NCBI GenBank assembly: GCA_902577905.1
Contig: CACHAQ010000004.1
Location: forward strand, 12,206 to 76,205
Length of the DNA: 64,000 nucleotides
Direction: 5' to 3'
DNA from: an uncultured Alphaproteobacteria bacterium
GTDB lineage: Bacteria > Pseudomonadota > Alphaproteobacteria > HIMB59 > GCA-002718135
In this document: in pieces, positions 62,901 through 64,000 of the stretch
Numbering within the stretch: the first letter of the stretch is position 1
Layout: each line of letters opens with the position of its first letter
Notes under the pieces: generated by a model
The model's database searches: none
What the model saw: the letters and a program-made list of their open reading frames with translations, nothing else
What the model was told of the DNA's origin: nothing
Made by a program: the position numbers and the translations under genes

Positions 62901-63139
62901 TGGAAGCAGAGATATACTCTAAAACTAATTGCGGATACTGTGATAGAGCTAAACTACGGTTAGCTAAATTTAATCCAAAGATTTATATGCTTGATACAGA
63001 TTATACGAGAGAAGATTTTTTTGAAAAGTTTCCGAACGCTAAAACCTTTCCTCAAATAATTTTAAATGGTGAAAAAATTGGAGGGTATCATGAACTTGAA
63101 AAATGGTTTGAAATGAATACCTTTGACGAAGAATTCTAA
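62897..63139 (+). CDS. Glutaredoxin (nrd-operon linked)
   Basis: CGYC active site, TFPQI and GG.HEL motifs; 80 aa; 4-nt overlap with nrdB. Confidence 0.8.
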   Translation: MMEAEIYSKTNCGYCDRAKLRLAKFNPKIYMLDTDYTREDFFEKFPNAKTFPQIILNGEKIGGYHELEKWFEMNTFDEEF

Positions 63140-63264
63140 ATAACCTTTTTTTTTCCTTTTCTTGAGTAAGTTTTTTTATTTCTAATAACTCTTTGTTTAT
63201 ACTTAGGTAGTTTTAAATCTTGAGCAAAGGGATTTCTTTTCTTAATTTTTTTTTTTATTTCCAT
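63136..63264 (-). CDS. Uncalled 42-codon highly basic ORF, ArfA-like (alternative ribosome-rescue factor A-like)
   Basis: Hand translation gives MEIKKKIKKRNPFAQDLKLPKYKQRVIRNKKTYSRKGKKKVI. The segment P.YKQRV..NKK.Y.RKGK resembles the ArfA core P.F(R/K).RVE..KKGKGSY.RK.K. It is too short for the ORF track and fills an otherwise empty 135-nt gap. Confidence 0.35.
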   Translation of the reverse strand: MEIKKKIKKRNPFAQDLKLPKYKQRVIRNKKTYSRKGKKKVI

Positions 63265-63274
63265 AAAATGTATT

Positions 63275-64000
63275 CTAATGTGCCTGTCCCCAATGATCAC
63301 CAGTACCAAAATCAACAGTGAGTGGAACTGAAAAATCTTTGTATTTTAAATGTACAGACTCCATAATCTTTTTTACATTACTTACTAAATTGTCATATTT
63401 TTTAGTTTCAACTTCAAAGATTAGTTCATCATGTACTTGTAAAAGCATTTCAGCCTCAATATTTTTAAGTTTTATTTCCTTATGAATTTCTATCATTGCT
63501 AACTTAATAATGTCTGCTGCACTACCTTGGATTGGTGCATTAATGGCTTGTCTTTCTGCAAAACCTCTAACAGCAAAATTCTTATCGGCAATTCCCTTAA
63601 TATTAATTTTCCTTTTAAAAATTGTTTCAACGTATTGATTTGTTTTTGCGAAATCAATTTGATGCTCCATATATTTTTTAATTTTTGGGTATTTAATAAA
63701 ATACTCATTAATGTAATCTTTTGCTTCTGTATTGGAAATATCAAGTTGTTTAGCTAAACCGTAAGGACTAATTCCATATAGAATACCAAAATTTATTGCT
63801 TTTGCTTTTCTTCTATAATCATTGTTTATTTGACTATCGTCTAAATTAAATATTTCCTTGGCAGTCGAAGCGTGAATATCTTCATTATTTTTAAAAGCTT
63901 TAATAAAATTTTTATCACTAGAAATTTCTGCAGCTAATCTAAGTTCTATTTGAGAATAATCGAAACTGACTAATTTCTTCCCTTTTCCACTAACAAAAGC
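63275..64000 (-). CDS. polA: DNA polymerase I, C-terminal part (gene continues beyond the window end)
   Basis: The frame stays open to position 64000: ...KAKAINFGILYGISPYGLAKQL...RQAINAPIQGSAADI...QVHDELIFEV... (pol motifs B and C), ending ...WGQAH. Confidence 0.92.
   Translation of the reverse strand, partial: AFVSGKGKKLVSFDYSQIELRLAAEISSDKNFIKAFKNNEDIHASTAKEIFNLDDSQINNDYRRKAKAINFGILYGISPYGLAKQLDISNTEAKDYINEYFIKYPKIKKYMEHQIDFAKTNQYVETIFKRKINIKGIADKNFAVRGFAERQAINAPIQGSAADIIKLAMIEIHKEIKLKNIEAEMLLQVHDELIFEVETKKYDNLVSNVKKIMESVHLKYKDFSVPLTVDFGTGDHWGQAH

Noticed and set aside
63499-63757. ORFs 63499-63744 (minus strand) and 63527-63757 (plus strand).
   Set aside because: Both overlap the polA reading frame, which carries pol I motifs B and C. 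They are alternative-frame artefacts.

Overview
The window is very AT-rich, gene-dense bacterial chromosome with near-zero intergenic spacers and many 1-20 nt gene overlaps. The gene order is clearly alphaproteobacterial: aroA-cmk-rpsA-ihfB-pyrF-trpFBA-accD-folC-trxA, then tsaE, ahcY, chvG and chvI. The composition and compaction fit a streamlined marine SAR11/Pelagibacter-type genome; this assignment is an inference, since no search was run. Most of the window is core housekeeping: truA-fmt-def-recR-ybaB-dnaX plus an SRP RNA, pheA, kdsB, a yejABEF-type ABC importer, lepA, pheST, rplT-rpmI-infC, LPS-core glycosyltransferases, gltDB, kdsD-lptCAB, metK-ahcY, the chvGI two-component system, nrdAB-grx and the 3' part of polA. 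The one clearly accessory stretch runs from about 14.4 to 21.2 kb. It holds a TPR-methyltransferase fusion and an intact tRNA-Ser(GGA) whose 3' 70 nt are duplicated 1.3 kb away. That duplication brackets a single orphan secreted SHOCT-domain gene, which is itself flanked by nested 19-bp repeats. The stretch also has a DPPR-synthase-like UbiA prenyltransferase, divergent from a 652-aa polytopic membrane protein plus a small methyltransferase; together these look like a candidate polyprenyl-phospho-pentose surface-glycan module. Other notable points are listed here:
- trpB is split by a +1 frameshift in a G8 tract.
- An uncalled 42-codon ArfA-like ORF lies after polA.
- NrdB has an Asp-to-Glu change at the first metal ligand while keeping the radical Tyr.
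- An NrdR-box-like palindrome and an 11-bp-phased decamer repeat sit upstream of nrdA.
- There are clean absences of rpoN-hpf-ptsN, hprK-EIIA-NPr and addAB at their usual syntenic positions.
No CRISPR array, transposase, integrase or recognisable defence system is present.
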